A DNA stretch of 64,000 nt from an uncultured Chlamydiae bacterium (lineage in GTDB: Bacteria > Chlamydiota > Chlamydiia > Chlamydiales > Parachlamydiaceae): positions 32,001-96,000 of the forward strand of contig CAWHMU010000042.1 in the NCBI GenBank assembly GCA_963830365.1, in the 5' to 3' direction. The notes below the pieces were generated by a model. That model had not been told where the DNA came from, did no database searches, and saw only the letters and a list, made by a program, of their open reading frames with translations. Every line of letters begins with the position of its first letter. Position 1 is the first letter of the stretch. Of the stretch, positions 21,243-31,167 are shown piece after piece. The position numbers and the translations under genes are program-made.

Positions 21243-22556
21243 ATGATTATAGGGGGTATTAGTATGGCGTCTGTTTCAAAAAACACGCGAAGCAATGGCA
21301 TTTTGCCGCCGGAAACGCAGCCTGACACACATATTGGAAAGGTAGGCAAGCCTGCGAAAGCGTGTCATAGACAACCAACGCGCACAAGCATCATCACGAC
21401 CATTGCAGTTGGTGCCATGCTTTGTATCGGCGCCTTGTTTAATTCATCGTTTAATGTTCAGACACCCGGCAAGCCCCCATTTACGGCGTCAAATTGCACG
21501 GCCGTCGCGGCGAGGGCCATAGCGCCTGCGGCCACGACATTGGATGCTTTCCGTATGGAGCCTTCTTGCTTAACGGCTGATGTTTCTGGCAGCCTGCCGG
21601 CGCAGGCTGGAAGCATGCTTATAAAGCCGAGGCATAACGACCATAAGGCCTTGTTCAAATCCCCATTAAGTTTACTGCCGCCTATCAAATGGGCCGCGGC
21701 CCTGCCGGAGCGTTTCACAATCAATTTCCCCCCAGCGGTGCCTTTGTTGGCGGCGGTTGAGTCGGGATTAGCGGCTGATGAGACAGCTGCACCGATAGGA
21801 CATGAAGATGTTTTTTTTGACGCAGCGGCATGCGAGTGCGAGCAGAGAATAAGCAACCAAACGCATGGCAGTGTTGAAGAGTTACCGCCGCTACCGGCTA
21901 ATCAGTCTATAAATGTTTGTGATGGCGAAAATATTAGCCTACTGGGAATAACTGATTCATTTTACCCCTTCACGGCTAAATATTTGAAAAACGTTGCTGC
22001 CACGGCCGCTAATGCAGGCGGTTTTTTAGCTAAAGGTCTTGGCAATATAGCCTGTAAAGTGGCCATTGTGTCAGGCCAGGCTATTGGAGCCGGCTGTAAA
22101 GGCCTTGTAGGTAGTGCCAAGCAAGTACTGGAAAACGGTGTGTGTAATGCGGCGCGCACGTGCAGTGTTTTGTCTCGCGCAGGTCATGCTGTGGTGGGCG
22201 GTATGGGCAATGTAGCATCTAAAGCCGTTTGTGCGGTGGTTAAGGGCCTTCGCCAAGCGCCGCATGATTTTGTTGGTGAGATGCGTAAGGCTGCCCGGCT
22301 GGGCCGTGTTTTATGCAGCGCCGCTAGTTGTGCGGCCGAGGTTGGCCGCACAACAGCGCATATCGCAGGCATGTGCTTAAGTCCGTTGGGCATCGCTGTG
22401 GCTATTGCGGGCAAGGGCATGCAGGAGACGAGCGGACTTGTTAGCCTGGTTGTGGGCAACTCAACGGTATGCGACATCTTTGACGCAGCCGGTCGAGGCG
22501 TGCTTATTTCGGGCGCGCTTGTGAATGCGGTTGGCGATGCCTTAGGTGAAGTATAA
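21243..22556 (+). CDS. Hypothetical protein (TM segment near N-terminus, Ala/Gly-rich C-terminus)
   Basis: 437-aa ORF; no recognised family. Confidence 0.65.
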   Translation: MIIGGISMASVSKNTRSNGILPPETQPDTHIGKVGKPAKACHRQPTRTSIITTIAVGAMLCIGALFNSSFNVQTPGKPPFTASNCTAVAARAIAPAATTLDAFRMEPSCLTADVSGSLPAQAGSMLIKPRHNDHKALFKSPLSLLPPIKWAAALPERFTINFPPAVPLLAAVESGLAADETAAPIGHEDVFFDAAACECEQRISNQTHGSVEELPPLPANQSINVCDGENISLLGITDSFYPFTAKYLKNVAATAANAGGFLAKGLGNIACKVAIVSGQAIGAGCKGLVGSAKQVLENGVCNAARTCSVLSRAGHAVVGGMGNVASKAVCAVVKGLRQAPHDFVGEMRKAARLGRVLCSAASCAAEVGRTTAHIAGMCLSPLGIAVAIAGKGMQETSGLVSLVVGNSTVCDIFDAAGRGVLISGALVNAVGDALGEV

Positions 22557-22584
22557 TCACGGAGCTTGTAAGAAGAGGCAAAAT

Positions 22585-23466
22585 ATGGACAAGGCCTTAT
22601 TGGAAATAGAAATCTATGAGCATCCACCTGCAGGGTTTTTAGCCGAAGTCCAGGTGGCGGCTTGTTATCTTGAGATCGGCGCTAAACTGCTGGTGCTGAA
22701 ACGGTCGGTCGGCAAGCCTGAGCCCGGCAGGTGGGGGGTGCCGGCAGGCAAACTTGAAGCGCATGAGACGCCAATGGATGCCGCCATGCGTGAGTTGTTT
22801 GAGGAGACGGGCATTTCCCTTGAAGGGCCCTCTCAAATTCAGTCCGTGGGAGCGTTATACCTGCGAAAACCTGACGTCGACTACATCTACCACATGTTTA
22901 AAATCGATATAGCGCAAGTTCCGGTTGTTAAGATATCTAATGAGCATCAAGCTTATCAATGGGCTGCTGCCAATGACCTGGAAAAGATGCCATTGATGGC
23001 GGGAGCTAAGGAAGTTTTGCAGGGCTATCAGGCGATGCTTTCCAAGAAAAATGTAGGGCCGGCCACTATGAAGAAAAGATCTTTTCTACAGAACAAGTTG
23101 TGGCGCGACCATGCGGTGGAAAGAATGGAGCAGACAGGCTCTGTGATCCATTGGCAATGCCTTGATGATGCAGGTTACGATAAGCATTTGCGCTTAAAGC
23201 TAATCGAAGAGTCACAAGAAGTCATTGCTGCCCGGACGAAGGAAGAGTTAGGCGCTGAGCTGGCCGACCTTTTAGAAATCATTGAATGCCTCTCCAGCGC
23301 AAACGCCTTGACGATGGAAGAGGTCCATGCCATCAAAAAACTAAAGCAGCAAGAGCGTGGCAGCTTCGTCGGCCGGAAATATGTCACCGTAGCTGAACAC
23401 CTTGATGACAGCTACGGCACGGCGTATTGCCTGGCGGCTCCCGAGAAGTACCCCGAAATTTGTTGA
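22585..23466 (+). CDS. NUDIX hydrolase fused to MazG-like nucleotide pyrophosphohydrolase
   Basis: NUDIX box GKLEAHETPMDAAMRELFEETG; NKLWRD..KLIEESQE..ELADLLE..K..ERGSF; ATG at 22585 with GAGG RBS (track start 22546). Confidence 0.85.
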   Translation: MDKALLEIEIYEHPPAGFLAEVQVAACYLEIGAKLLVLKRSVGKPEPGRWGVPAGKLEAHETPMDAAMRELFEETGISLEGPSQIQSVGALYLRKPDVDYIYHMFKIDIAQVPVVKISNEHQAYQWAAANDLEKMPLMAGAKEVLQGYQAMLSKKNVGPATMKKRSFLQNKLWRDHAVERMEQTGSVIHWQCLDDAGYDKHLRLKLIEESQEVIAARTKEELGAELADLLEIIECLSSANALTMEEVHAIKKLKQQERGSFVGRKYVTVAEHLDDSYGTAYCLAAPEKYPEIC

Positions 23467-23468
23467 CA

Positions 23469-24530
23469 TCAGGGCTTTAATGAGGCGATATCGATGACGA
23501 AACGGTATTTGACATCGCTTTTCAGCATCCTTTCATAGGCTTCGTTGATTTTTTGGATGGGGATGATTTCAATATCCGACGTGAGGTGGTGCTGGCCGCA
23601 GAAATCCAGCATCTCTTGTGTTTCTTTGATGCCGCCGATTAGGGAGCCGGCAATTTCCCGGCGCTTAAATATCAAATTGTTGATGTTTGGCGCAGGATGC
23701 GGTGTTGGCGGCGCGCCCACCAGGCACAAGGTCCCGTCGCGTTTAAGCAGCTCTGTATAGGCGTCGAGATTATGCGCGACAGATACGGTGTCAATGATGA
23801 AATCCAAACTATTCAAATGCTTCTGCATATCAGTGCTGTTTTTGGAAAGGACGACCTCATCGGCGCCGAACCGTTTAGCATCGGCTGTTTTGCCAGGAGA
23901 TGTGGTGAATAGTACCACATAGGCTCCCATAGCATGCGCCAGTTTGATGGCCATGTGTCCGAGGCCGCCTAAGCCCACCACGCCCACTTTGCTGCCTTTG
24001 GAGATCTTCCAGTGGCGCAGCGGGGAATAGGTCGTTATGCCGGCACATAGCAGCGGGGCAACGCCTGCCAGATCGTCTTCTTTGAAGGTTTTTGGGATTT
24101 GCAGCACGAACTTTTCGTCCACGGTAATCTGGGTGGAATAGCCGCCATAGGTCACGCTGTTGTCATATTTATCGCGGCTGTTATAAGTAAAAACAACGCC
24201 ATTTTCGCAATATTGTTCCAGATTGTCCTTGCAGCTTGGGCAGGAGTGGCAGGAATCCACCATGCAGCCGACAGCCGCCAAGTCGCCGGTTTTAAAAGCC
24301 TTCACATCTTTGCCGACGGCAGTCACCCTGCCCACGATTTCATGGCCGGGGACGAAAGGGTAGGTCGTGCCCTTCCATTCGTTACGGGCGGTATGCAGGT
24401 CGGAGTGGCAGACACCGCAGTAGAGGATTTCAATCTGGATGTCGTGCGGGCGCGGGTCGCGGCGTTCGAAGTTAAAGGGGGTGAGGGGGGCGGTGGCTTG
24501 TTGGGCGGCATATCCGACAACTTTAGGCAT
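23469..24530 (-). CDS. Zn-dependent NADP alcohol dehydrogenase (cinnamyl-ADH/YahK-like)
   Basis: CGVCHSD, PGHEIVG, structural Zn Cys cluster, GLGGLG. Confidence 0.93.
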   Translation of the reverse strand: MPKVVGYAAQQATAPLTPFNFERRDPRPHDIQIEILYCGVCHSDLHTARNEWKGTTYPFVPGHEIVGRVTAVGKDVKAFKTGDLAAVGCMVDSCHSCPSCKDNLEQYCENGVVFTYNSRDKYDNSVTYGGYSTQITVDEKFVLQIPKTFKEDDLAGVAPLLCAGITTYSPLRHWKISKGSKVGVVGLGGLGHMAIKLAHAMGAYVVLFTTSPGKTADAKRFGADEVVLSKNSTDMQKHLNSLDFIIDTVSVAHNLDAYTELLKRDGTLCLVGAPPTPHPAPNINNLIFKRREIAGSLIGGIKETQEMLDFCGQHHLTSDIEIIPIQKINEAYERMLKSDVKYRFVIDIASLKP

Positions 24531-24893
24531 GGATTTTCTCCTGATAGAGGGGTCAAAAAACCTTTACTGTTTAAGGGTCAAGCTAGGATATTAGTGGATT
24601 ATTGTAAACAAGCAACATGCCAAGACTGGTGTCGTGGGTGGCTATCAACAGGAAGTAGCTGTGATGGCTTCGAAGCGTTTATGTACGAATTGCGTACCCA
24701 AAATTCAACGCAAAGCGGGACAGTTCCTTCAGTCCCTGTATCGGGAAATAACAAGGCAAGCAGCGAAAAAAGAATAAGATGGCTGTTTCTCCTAAATAAC
24801 AAATTGTATAACGTTTATTATCAATGTGATAAATTCAGCATTATTTCCCGCTATTGAGCATCCATCAAAACATCCCTGACAAAAGCTTGCGTT

Positions 24894-25080
24894 AGCCGTG
24901 AATACCGTGGAAGCATGTAGCCACAGGTGTGAACCTGTGGTAAGGAGAGCCAAAGACCTCAAGCCGTGGCTACGGCGGCAGCGGCTTTGAGCGCTCTGCC
25001 GCCGTAGCCACGGCTTCTATTTCTTATGAGTTTACCACAGGTTCACACCTGTGGCTACATGCTTCCGCCGTATTCACGGC
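24894..25080. repeat. REP/REPIN-like family B long hairpin within an outer IR (24700-24752 / 25217-25270)
   Basis: AGCCGTGAATAC..GGAAGCATGTAGCCACAGGTGTGAACCTGTGGTAA..AGCCGTGGCTACGGCGGCAG is mirrored almost exactly. Confidence 0.9.
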
Positions 25081-25472
25081 TGACACAGGTTCAGAAATCC
25101 TGGATGTTTTGTTGGCCGGAATTAAAACCATAGCCTTATATACCAGCAGCTAGCTGCTGGTATGCATCCCTGTCCCTCTTATCAAACAACTTTTAGTGTC
25201 GCCGTGTCGCATTCCATGTTATTTCCCGATAGGGGGCCGAAGGGACTGTCACGCTGTGCGTTGAATTTTTTGTACACAATTTGAACCCAAGCTTACTAGC
25301 AACCACACGCTGTCATGTTTTTTTGCCTGATGCCTAAGCCTCTTCATCCAGCATTGCATTTTATAGTGTTGCGGAAAAATTTGGTTTCCACAATGGTTTC
25401 TCCTATAACGAATGATAAACGACAGCCGGGTTGACAAAATGAGGGCAAGAGCTGCATGGTTCCTCTAAAAAT

Positions 25473-26357
25473 ATGAACAGGGATAAAGAAATGCCATATG
25501 TGGTCGAAGCTGCAAATGCTTCCAATCAAGCTGCGATGTTGCATTTTTTAAGGCAGCACGAAAATTACTCCCTTTTCCTCTTAGGAAACTTTGAAAATTA
25601 TGGCCTGGCGCTGGCAGAGGCGCCATATTCTGGAAATTTTAAGCTCATCCGTTCTGAAGGTGAGGTCGTGGGGGTGTTCTGCCTGACCAGAAAAGGCAGC
25701 CTGCTGATCGAAGCGCCCTCTAAAGAGCCTATTTTCGAGCTGGTGCTGGCCTCCTGCCGCGAGGAGTCGATGCCTATAAAAGGGGTCATCGGAAACTGGG
25801 ATTTATGTCATCCCTTCTGGGAGTTTCTCAAAACCAGGCAGGTGATTAAAAATGAAGCGTTTACGTCGAAGGAAATCCTCTATAGTGTCGATTTATCCGC
25901 GATGTCTTATCACAGCCAGCCTGGGGTGAGGTTTTTGACCGAGGCCGATTACTCCCAATGGAAGCCGCTGCGGCTAGATTATCTCATGGAGCAAGGTCTA
26001 CCCAATGATTTGGGTGATGAGTACTTGTTTAAGCTATATGCAGACAAAGTGAAAAAAAAGATTTCCTGGGGCTTTTTTCTGGAAGGCAAACTTGTCTCGA
26101 TGGCAGATTTGAATGCCAAAGCCTTGGATCTAGGACAAGTAGGCGGTGTCTATACGATTCCAAGCTGTAGGGGCAAGGGGTATGCCAAGGCTGTGATGCA
26201 GCAGTTGCTGGCGGATGCAAAAAGCCTTCATGCCATAAGAAAGATGATAATCTTTACGGGGGAGAATAATCTGGCGGCCCAAAAGTTGTACCATTCTCTT
26301 AGAGTCTCTCACATCGGTTATTTTGCGCTCCTGATTGGAAACGGCACGGGTGCCTGA
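25473..26357 (+). CDS. GNAT acetyltransferase
   Basis: QVGGVYTIPSCRGKGYAK..NLAAQKLYHSL. Confidence 0.88.
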   Translation: MNRDKEMPYVVEAANASNQAAMLHFLRQHENYSLFLLGNFENYGLALAEAPYSGNFKLIRSEGEVVGVFCLTRKGSLLIEAPSKEPIFELVLASCREESMPIKGVIGNWDLCHPFWEFLKTRQVIKNEAFTSKEILYSVDLSAMSYHSQPGVRFLTEADYSQWKPLRLDYLMEQGLPNDLGDEYLFKLYADKVKKKISWGFFLEGKLVSMADLNAKALDLGQVGGVYTIPSCRGKGYAKAVMQQLLADAKSLHAIRKMIIFTGENNLAAQKLYHSLRVSHIGYFALLIGNGTGA

Positions 26358-26485
26358 CATGCTTCTCTTGAATCTATAATCCTTGCAACGGCAGTTGAGC
26401 ATGTGAAAAGATTGGGTAGGTTTTTCAGGGACAACTGCCGTTTCTAGGATAATACCATCAGTTTAATCCCAACCAAGAAAAAGAA

Positions 26486-26724
26486 GGGTCATCACACAAA
26501 TGAGTGGTTGAAAGAGCTAACATCTCAAAAAAGCATAATGTAGGCTTTGGCTGAACGGATTGAGGTCAGGCTTGCGATTTGCGATTTGAAAGGAGTCGGG
26601 CTTTCTAATGCATTTAGGACTTTCAAATCACAAATCACAAGCCAGACCCCAATCCTCAAAGTCCTTTCACGTCATGAGTTCTTGGGCGGTCATCTCTGTC
26701 AATCATTCGTTTGTGTGATGAACC
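26486..26724. mobile_element. MITE family A
   Basis: GGGTCATCACACAAATGAG...TTTGTGTGATGAACC; perfect 8-bp TSD AAAAAGAA (26478-26485, 26725-26732). Confidence 0.9.
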
Positions 26725-27006
26725 AAAAAGAAGAACCCGTCCCAGGTCAACTCCGAATGTTCATGATACCTGCAGCTGCGACTCCGTTGGTGTGGGCGCT
26801 GGCTGAACGGATTGAGGTCATTTCACTGCATGAGGTGTTGAAAAGTCATCTCTGTCGATGATGCATTTGTGTGTTGAGGGCTTAAATAATTAAATTGACA
26901 ACATTGTTGAATGTGCTATGTTTCGCATTAAGTGATAGTGTTATGCGATATGCAAAACATAGCCTGCATACGCGTCAAGCCCTAGGCCATACCAAACGGA
27001 GGATAT

Positions 27007-27162
27007 ATGTTAGGTACTGTGTTATTGATTATTTTGATTTTACTGCTCATCGGAGCTTTTCCAGCATGGCCGCATAGCTCAGGCTGGGGATATGGTCCTA
27101 GTGGTGCTTTAGGCACGATTTTGATCATTATTATCATCCTGCTTTTATTAGGAAAAATATAA
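27007..27162 (+). CDS. DUF3309-family small membrane protein (51 aa; not in ORF track)
   Basis: MLGTVLLIILILLLIGAFPAWPHSSGWGYGPSGALGTILIIIIILLLLGKI; GGAGG RBS. Confidence 0.88.
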   Translation: MLGTVLLIILILLLIGAFPAWPHSSGWGYGPSGALGTILIIIIILLLLGKI

Positions 27163-27236
27163 AGATCAATCGGCTGCGCTCGAGATCGAGATCGAGCCAG
27201 CCATATTGATATATTTGTTATTAACCGCAAACGAGA

Positions 27237-27821
27237 ATGTGTATGAAATTTTTAAAATCAATGATGCTGGCATCTGCGCTATTAGCCGGTTCAGTCTATG
27301 GTGATGGTTTTGGCTTCAATGTAGGCCCCTTTAACATGCAGTTTTATACAGGTGGCGGTGAATATGTAGCCATCAGCAGGTCTGTGCTGGATAGCCCTGT
27401 TTGCCGGGCCATTTCAAATCAAAAGCGTTTGGAAATCATTATTGAGGTAGCGGAAAACGTCAGCACTAAAGAAAAGAAGATCGTTACGGAAAAACTCATT
27501 GTAGAGCCTTATGCTTTTGGCATCACTAAAGATGGCAAACCGGTGCTGCGCGGTAATGTCGTTGAGGAAAAATTAGTCAGAGAAGTCTCGCTTAAATATG
27601 GTGATGATCAATTTGATGAAACAAGTGTTTCGGCCAAACAAAAAGATAAAGGCTTTTTTTCCGGCCTGTTTAGCTCCGATAAAAGCAAAAATATCGACAT
27701 CCGCAAAGTTGTCGCCGTTAAAGTCATCGAAGACTCTCATTTCGATGCACCAAAGGACTACAAAGGCATAACCGATGACAGTATCCAAGTGCTCTGCCAA
27801 CTGCCTGTAGACAGAAGATAA
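27237..27821 (+). CDS. Exported protein with a WYL-like segment
   Basis: Signal peptide; AISNQKRLEI...IVEPYAFGITKDGKPVLRG resembles the WYL fold. Confidence 0.65.
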   Translation: MCMKFLKSMMLASALLAGSVYGDGFGFNVGPFNMQFYTGGGEYVAISRSVLDSPVCRAISNQKRLEIIIEVAENVSTKEKKIVTEKLIVEPYAFGITKDGKPVLRGNVVEEKLVREVSLKYGDDQFDETSVSAKQKDKGFFSGLFSSDKSKNIDIRKVVAVKVIEDSHFDAPKDYKGITDDSIQVLCQLPVDRR

Positions 27822-27861
27822 GCTGAGACCTGTTCGGTAAAGTTTTTAAATAGGATGTTAT

Positions 27862-28071
27862 ATGCGTGTACTAGGGGTGGTCGTGTTAATCGTGGGGCTG
27901 GTGATTCTAGGTTTTGGACTTAGTTCCACACAAGCTGTCACAGAGCAGGTTATAGAAGGCGTTTCAGGCCGCTATACTGCCAATACCATGTGGTATATTA
28001 TTGGAGGCGTTGCTATGACTCTTGGAGGCATAGCCATAGCCATTTTCGGCGACAACAAAAAGGCGCTTTGA
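27862..28071 (+). CDS. DUF3185-like small membrane protein
   Basis: Two TM segments; EQVIEGVSGRYTANTMWYIIGG. Confidence 0.75.
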   Translation: MRVLGVVVLIVGLVILGFGLSSTQAVTEQVIEGVSGRYTANTMWYIIGGVAMTLGGIAIAIFGDNKKAL

Positions 28072-28112
28072 TTGCGCGGCGATCTTGAAGCAAAAAAATA
28101 AGGACAGATATC

Positions 28113-28193
28113 ATGGGGAAAATGCTAGTTTTATGGCTTGTCGGAGTGCCTATTTCTTTGATCATCCTGCTCAAGATCTTTGGAGTCATTTGA
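28113..28193 (+). CDS. 26-aa hydrophobic small protein (not in ORF track)
   Basis: MGKMLVLWLVGVPISLIILLKIFGVI, AAGGA RBS; matches the widespread LWLLGVP micro-protein pattern. Confidence 0.6.
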   Translation: MGKMLVLWLVGVPISLIILLKIFGVI

Positions 28194-28201
28194 TGTGCAG
28201 T

Positions 28202-28897
28202 TTATGATATGGCTTTGGCCAGCAGAAAGGCGGCGCCTGCCGCCATGCCGCCGACGAATACGGTTTGCAGTCCGCTTTTGAAAGGGGTGACGCCGGTGAA
28301 ATAGCCTTTGGCAACTCCGAACGCGAATAGCGCCAGCAGGGTTACCGCGGCAGAGATTGCTAGGGCAGTATGCGAATCTGCCATCACGATGTATGGGAAA
28401 AGGGGGATGATGCCCCCTGTCATATATGAGAAAGCGATGGTGAGGGCGCTTTTCAAAGCCCTGGCGGGATCCGGCTTTTCAAGTCCTAGTTCGAATTTCA
28501 TCATGAAGTCTTTCCAGGCCGTGGGGTTGCGCTTAAGGGCTGCCACTACTGGTGAGGATTCATTTTGCGACACGCCGTACTGGGAAAAGATAGCGTATAC
28601 TTCCTGCTCTTCGGCCGGCGTTTTATGGATGATTTCCAGCTGTTCGCGTTTGGCTTCGCTTTCATAGTGCTCTGCGTCACTTTTGGCCGCCAAATATCCG
28701 CCGAGGCCCATGGCGATGGAGCCGGCGGCAATTTCGGCAAAGCCGGCGGTGACGACCAGGTGTGATTCGGCGATAGCCCCGGAGATGCCGGCGGCAAGGG
28801 CGAAGGGGACAGTCAGGCCATCGGACATGCCGATGACGATGTCGCGGATGGTGTTGCCGCCCTTGAAATGTTCTTCCCGATGATAGATTGTCTTCAT
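28202..28897 (-). CDS. VIT1/CCC1 family iron/manganese transporter
   Basis: RDIVIGMSDGLT, AGSIAMGLGGYLA. Confidence 0.92.
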   Translation of the reverse strand: MKTIYHREEHFKGGNTIRDIVIGMSDGLTVPFALAAGISGAIAESHLVVTAGFAEIAAGSIAMGLGGYLAAKSDAEHYESEAKREQLEIIHKTPAEEQEVYAIFSQYGVSQNESSPVVAALKRNPTAWKDFMMKFELGLEKPDPARALKSALTIAFSYMTGGIIPLFPYIVMADSHTALAISAAVTLLALFAFGVAKGYFTGVTPFKSGLQTVFVGGMAAGAAFLLAKAIS

Positions 28898-28938
28898 TGT
28901 GATGCCGCCTATATTATAGCATTAGCCGTAAATAACAG

Positions 28939-28984
28939 AGGCAGGTCAGCCGGACAGCATTTCTGCTGTCCGGCTGCCCTGCCT
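28939..28984. terminator. Strong intergenic hairpin (probable terminator)
   Basis: AGGCAGG-CAGCCGGACAGCA ttt TGCTGTCCGGCTG-CCTGCCT just downstream of the porin gene. Confidence 0.55.
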
Positions 28985-29015
28985 GATGTTTTAGGATGAC
29001 GCTAGCTTAAGCGGC

Positions 29016-30026
29016 TTAGTAATTGAAACCGATGCCGAGTCCAAAAAATCCTCCGTCCAGGCTTAACGTGCCATCAGAACCAAGTTCGCTAAAGTCATAG
29101 ATGCGGTGTTGTTCCACGCCGAGTCTCGCCATTAAAGAAACTTCGTAGCAGGACCAGCAGAAGGATCTGTTCCAAAGCACGCCTAAGGCGATGTCAGTGC
29201 CGATATTGTTGAAACAGTGTTTTTTTGTTCCATTGCAGATGTTAACGGCACTTGTGAAAGTGTCGGTATCAAAATTATGGCCTTTAACCCTTCCATAATA
29301 AGAGACGGCACTGAAGCTGCCAAACAGGCTGAAGTTGCAGCCGATTTTCCAATCGGCTTCAAAGCCAATTTGAGGGCCAACGCCCCAGAATTTTTCTGAG
29401 TCTTCATTATCCATATTAACAACACTGCTTCCTGCCGGGATTGTGTACAATGCCACCAGGTGTGAATGTAACGTTTGATGTATTTTTACACCGCGCACAC
29501 CGATAAATGGTGTGAAATAAAAGCAAGAGGACAAATCAAAGCGCCTTCCCAAATTCAGATCAATGGTATCATATTTGATCTTCCAGCGACCGTATTGGCC
29601 ATCTTCATTAAATGAGGCTTTTCCTTCGTAATGCGTCCAGGCTGCTTCCACATCAAGGCAGTTGAGCGAAGCGCCAAGACCCACGCGGAAGCCGGGGCTC
29701 CATTTGGAGCTCGGCTCCTTATCGGACTCTATCACGGTAGTGGTGGTGATGCCGCCTGCTACCGTGGTGTCTATGATGGTAGTCCCGAAAGCACCTTCGA
29801 GGCCGCACAACTCAGGCCTCCAGTACAGCAGTTCACCGACGACGTATAGCTGGCAATCCTGCTCGTCACAGCAACTGGTGCTGCATACAGGTTCACAACA
29901 TGGCGCTGGGGCGCAGATTGCTGGAGCACAGGGTGGTGGAGCGCAGGCTGCGCCGTTTACCTGGGCTGCCGCTGCCAGCAACATACCCGTCATTACCACG
30001 TAAATCTTTTTTAGAGGGCTCGACAT
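29016..30026 (-). CDS. Lpg1974/MOMP-like beta-barrel outer membrane porin with Cys-rich N-terminus
   Basis: Signal peptide, ELLYW, GFRVGLG, PFIGVRG, FWGVGPQIG, terminal aromatic GFNY. Confidence 0.85.
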   Translation of the reverse strand: MSSPLKKIYVVMTGMLLAAAAQVNGAACAPPPCAPAICAPAPCCEPVCSTSCCDEQDCQLYVVGELLYWRPELCGLEGAFGTTIIDTTVAGGITTTTVIESDKEPSSKWSPGFRVGLGASLNCLDVEAAWTHYEGKASFNEDGQYGRWKIKYDTIDLNLGRRFDLSSCFYFTPFIGVRGVKIHQTLHSHLVALYTIPAGSSVVNMDNEDSEKFWGVGPQIGFEADWKIGCNFSLFGSFSAVSYYGRVKGHNFDTDTFTSAVNICNGTKKHCFNNIGTDIALGVLWNRSFCWSCYEVSLMARLGVEQHRIYDFSELGSDGTLSLDGGFFGLGIGFNY

Positions 30027-30103
30027 AAAAGTATATTCCTACGTTAATAGTGTTTGTCTTGGCGTGAGAGCATTCACGCATGTTTTTTTATACCGGCTCT
30101 ACT

Positions 30104-30877
30104 TTATTGAACGCGTATGATGACAAGATGTGCCGAAACGGACTGTGTGCCGCCAGCTAGAGGCGTAATGGTTAGTGCCGATACACTTGAGTGATTGATC
30201 ACCTCGAGAACGCTATTTGCGAGTGATGTTGTCACAAGCGACATGCCCACGATCTGATCCGTGCCGGTGGCGCGGCCAACCACCGAATCTGCGATGGGTG
30301 TGCCATTTAGCGCTAGCGCTAGTTGTCCAGCTTCGTCCACACTGACTTGAAATTGGACTAGATAGGTACCGATATCAAGCAAATTAAATGTTGACGCAGT
30401 TAAGCGAGTAATGCCTGCACCACCAGTAGATCCGTTGTTTGGAAACTCTACCGCCGCTTCGATTGCTACAGTGGTTGCATTGTCACCTGGCATCAAGGCA
30501 AAGAAATCGGCAAAGTCCAAGACCCCGCCGGCAATGCCTTGCGATCCAGTAGCGCCTTGCGATCCGGTAGCACCTTGAGCTCCAGCAGCTCCGGTAGGAC
30601 CAGCAGGACCGCCAGATGGGCCTGTCGAGCCGACATTGCCTGTAGGTCCAGTCTGTCCAACAGGGCCACCAGAGGGGCCTGTCGTGCCGGCGATGCCGGT
30701 GGCGCCAACAGGACCTGTTCCTCCCGTAGATCCGGCAATGCCTGTCGGGCCGACAGGGCCCGGGGCTTGTGAAACAAGACGATCACCCCGTTCACAACCG
30801 GCGGATAAAGTCGATGTAAAGCCATTACCAAGCGCTAACACCATTATAAGCATGCGTAGAATCATAATTTTCCTCAC
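30104..30877 (-). CDS. Collagen-like surface protein with BclA-type C-terminal domain
   Basis: Signal peptide, (GXT/GXX)n tract, C-terminal [32 protein letters not shown]. Confidence 0.85.
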   Translation of the reverse strand: MRKIMILRMLIMVLALGNGFTSTLSAGCERGDRLVSQAPGPVGPTGIAGSTGGTGPVGATGIAGTTGPSGGPVGQTGPTGNVGSTGPSGGPAGPTGAAGAQGATGSQGATGSQGIAGGVLDFADFFALMPGDNATTVAIEAAVEFPNNGSTGGAGITRLTASTFNLLDIGTYLVQFQVSVDEAGQLALALNGTPIADSVVGRATGTDQIVGMSLVTTSLANSVLEVINHSSVSALTITPLAGGTQSVSAHLVIIRVQ

Positions 30878-31037
30878 TATAAGCTGTTGTATATCGTAAA
30901 AATTAAACTTAGATCAATGGTTGCATTTAATTCTATATTTTTTTGAAAAAAAATATTTTGAATCAGCGCTTGGTATTTGGCGAACCTTGAATTTCGCCAA
31001 AAAAAGGCACCGAAACGACATAAAGGACTGAAGGTCC

Positions 31038-31140
31038 GATCTCTCTGTAGCCCGTAGTTAAGGCTTACGAGCGCAAGCGAAGACAGCCGCAACTGCGGGA
31101 AAACGGATATTTGCATTTAACTCCGTAGGAGTTCCTCTCT
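31038..31140. repeat. Family D REP-like arm (partial mirror at ~31805-31850)
   Basis: TCTCTGTAGCCCGTAGTTAAGGC..GAGCGCAAGCGAAGACAGCCGCAACT..TTTAACTCCGTAGGAGTTCCTCTC, shared with 2176-2280. Confidence 0.8.
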
Positions 31141-31167
31141 CTCTCTCTTTGTGATATAAATAATTTA

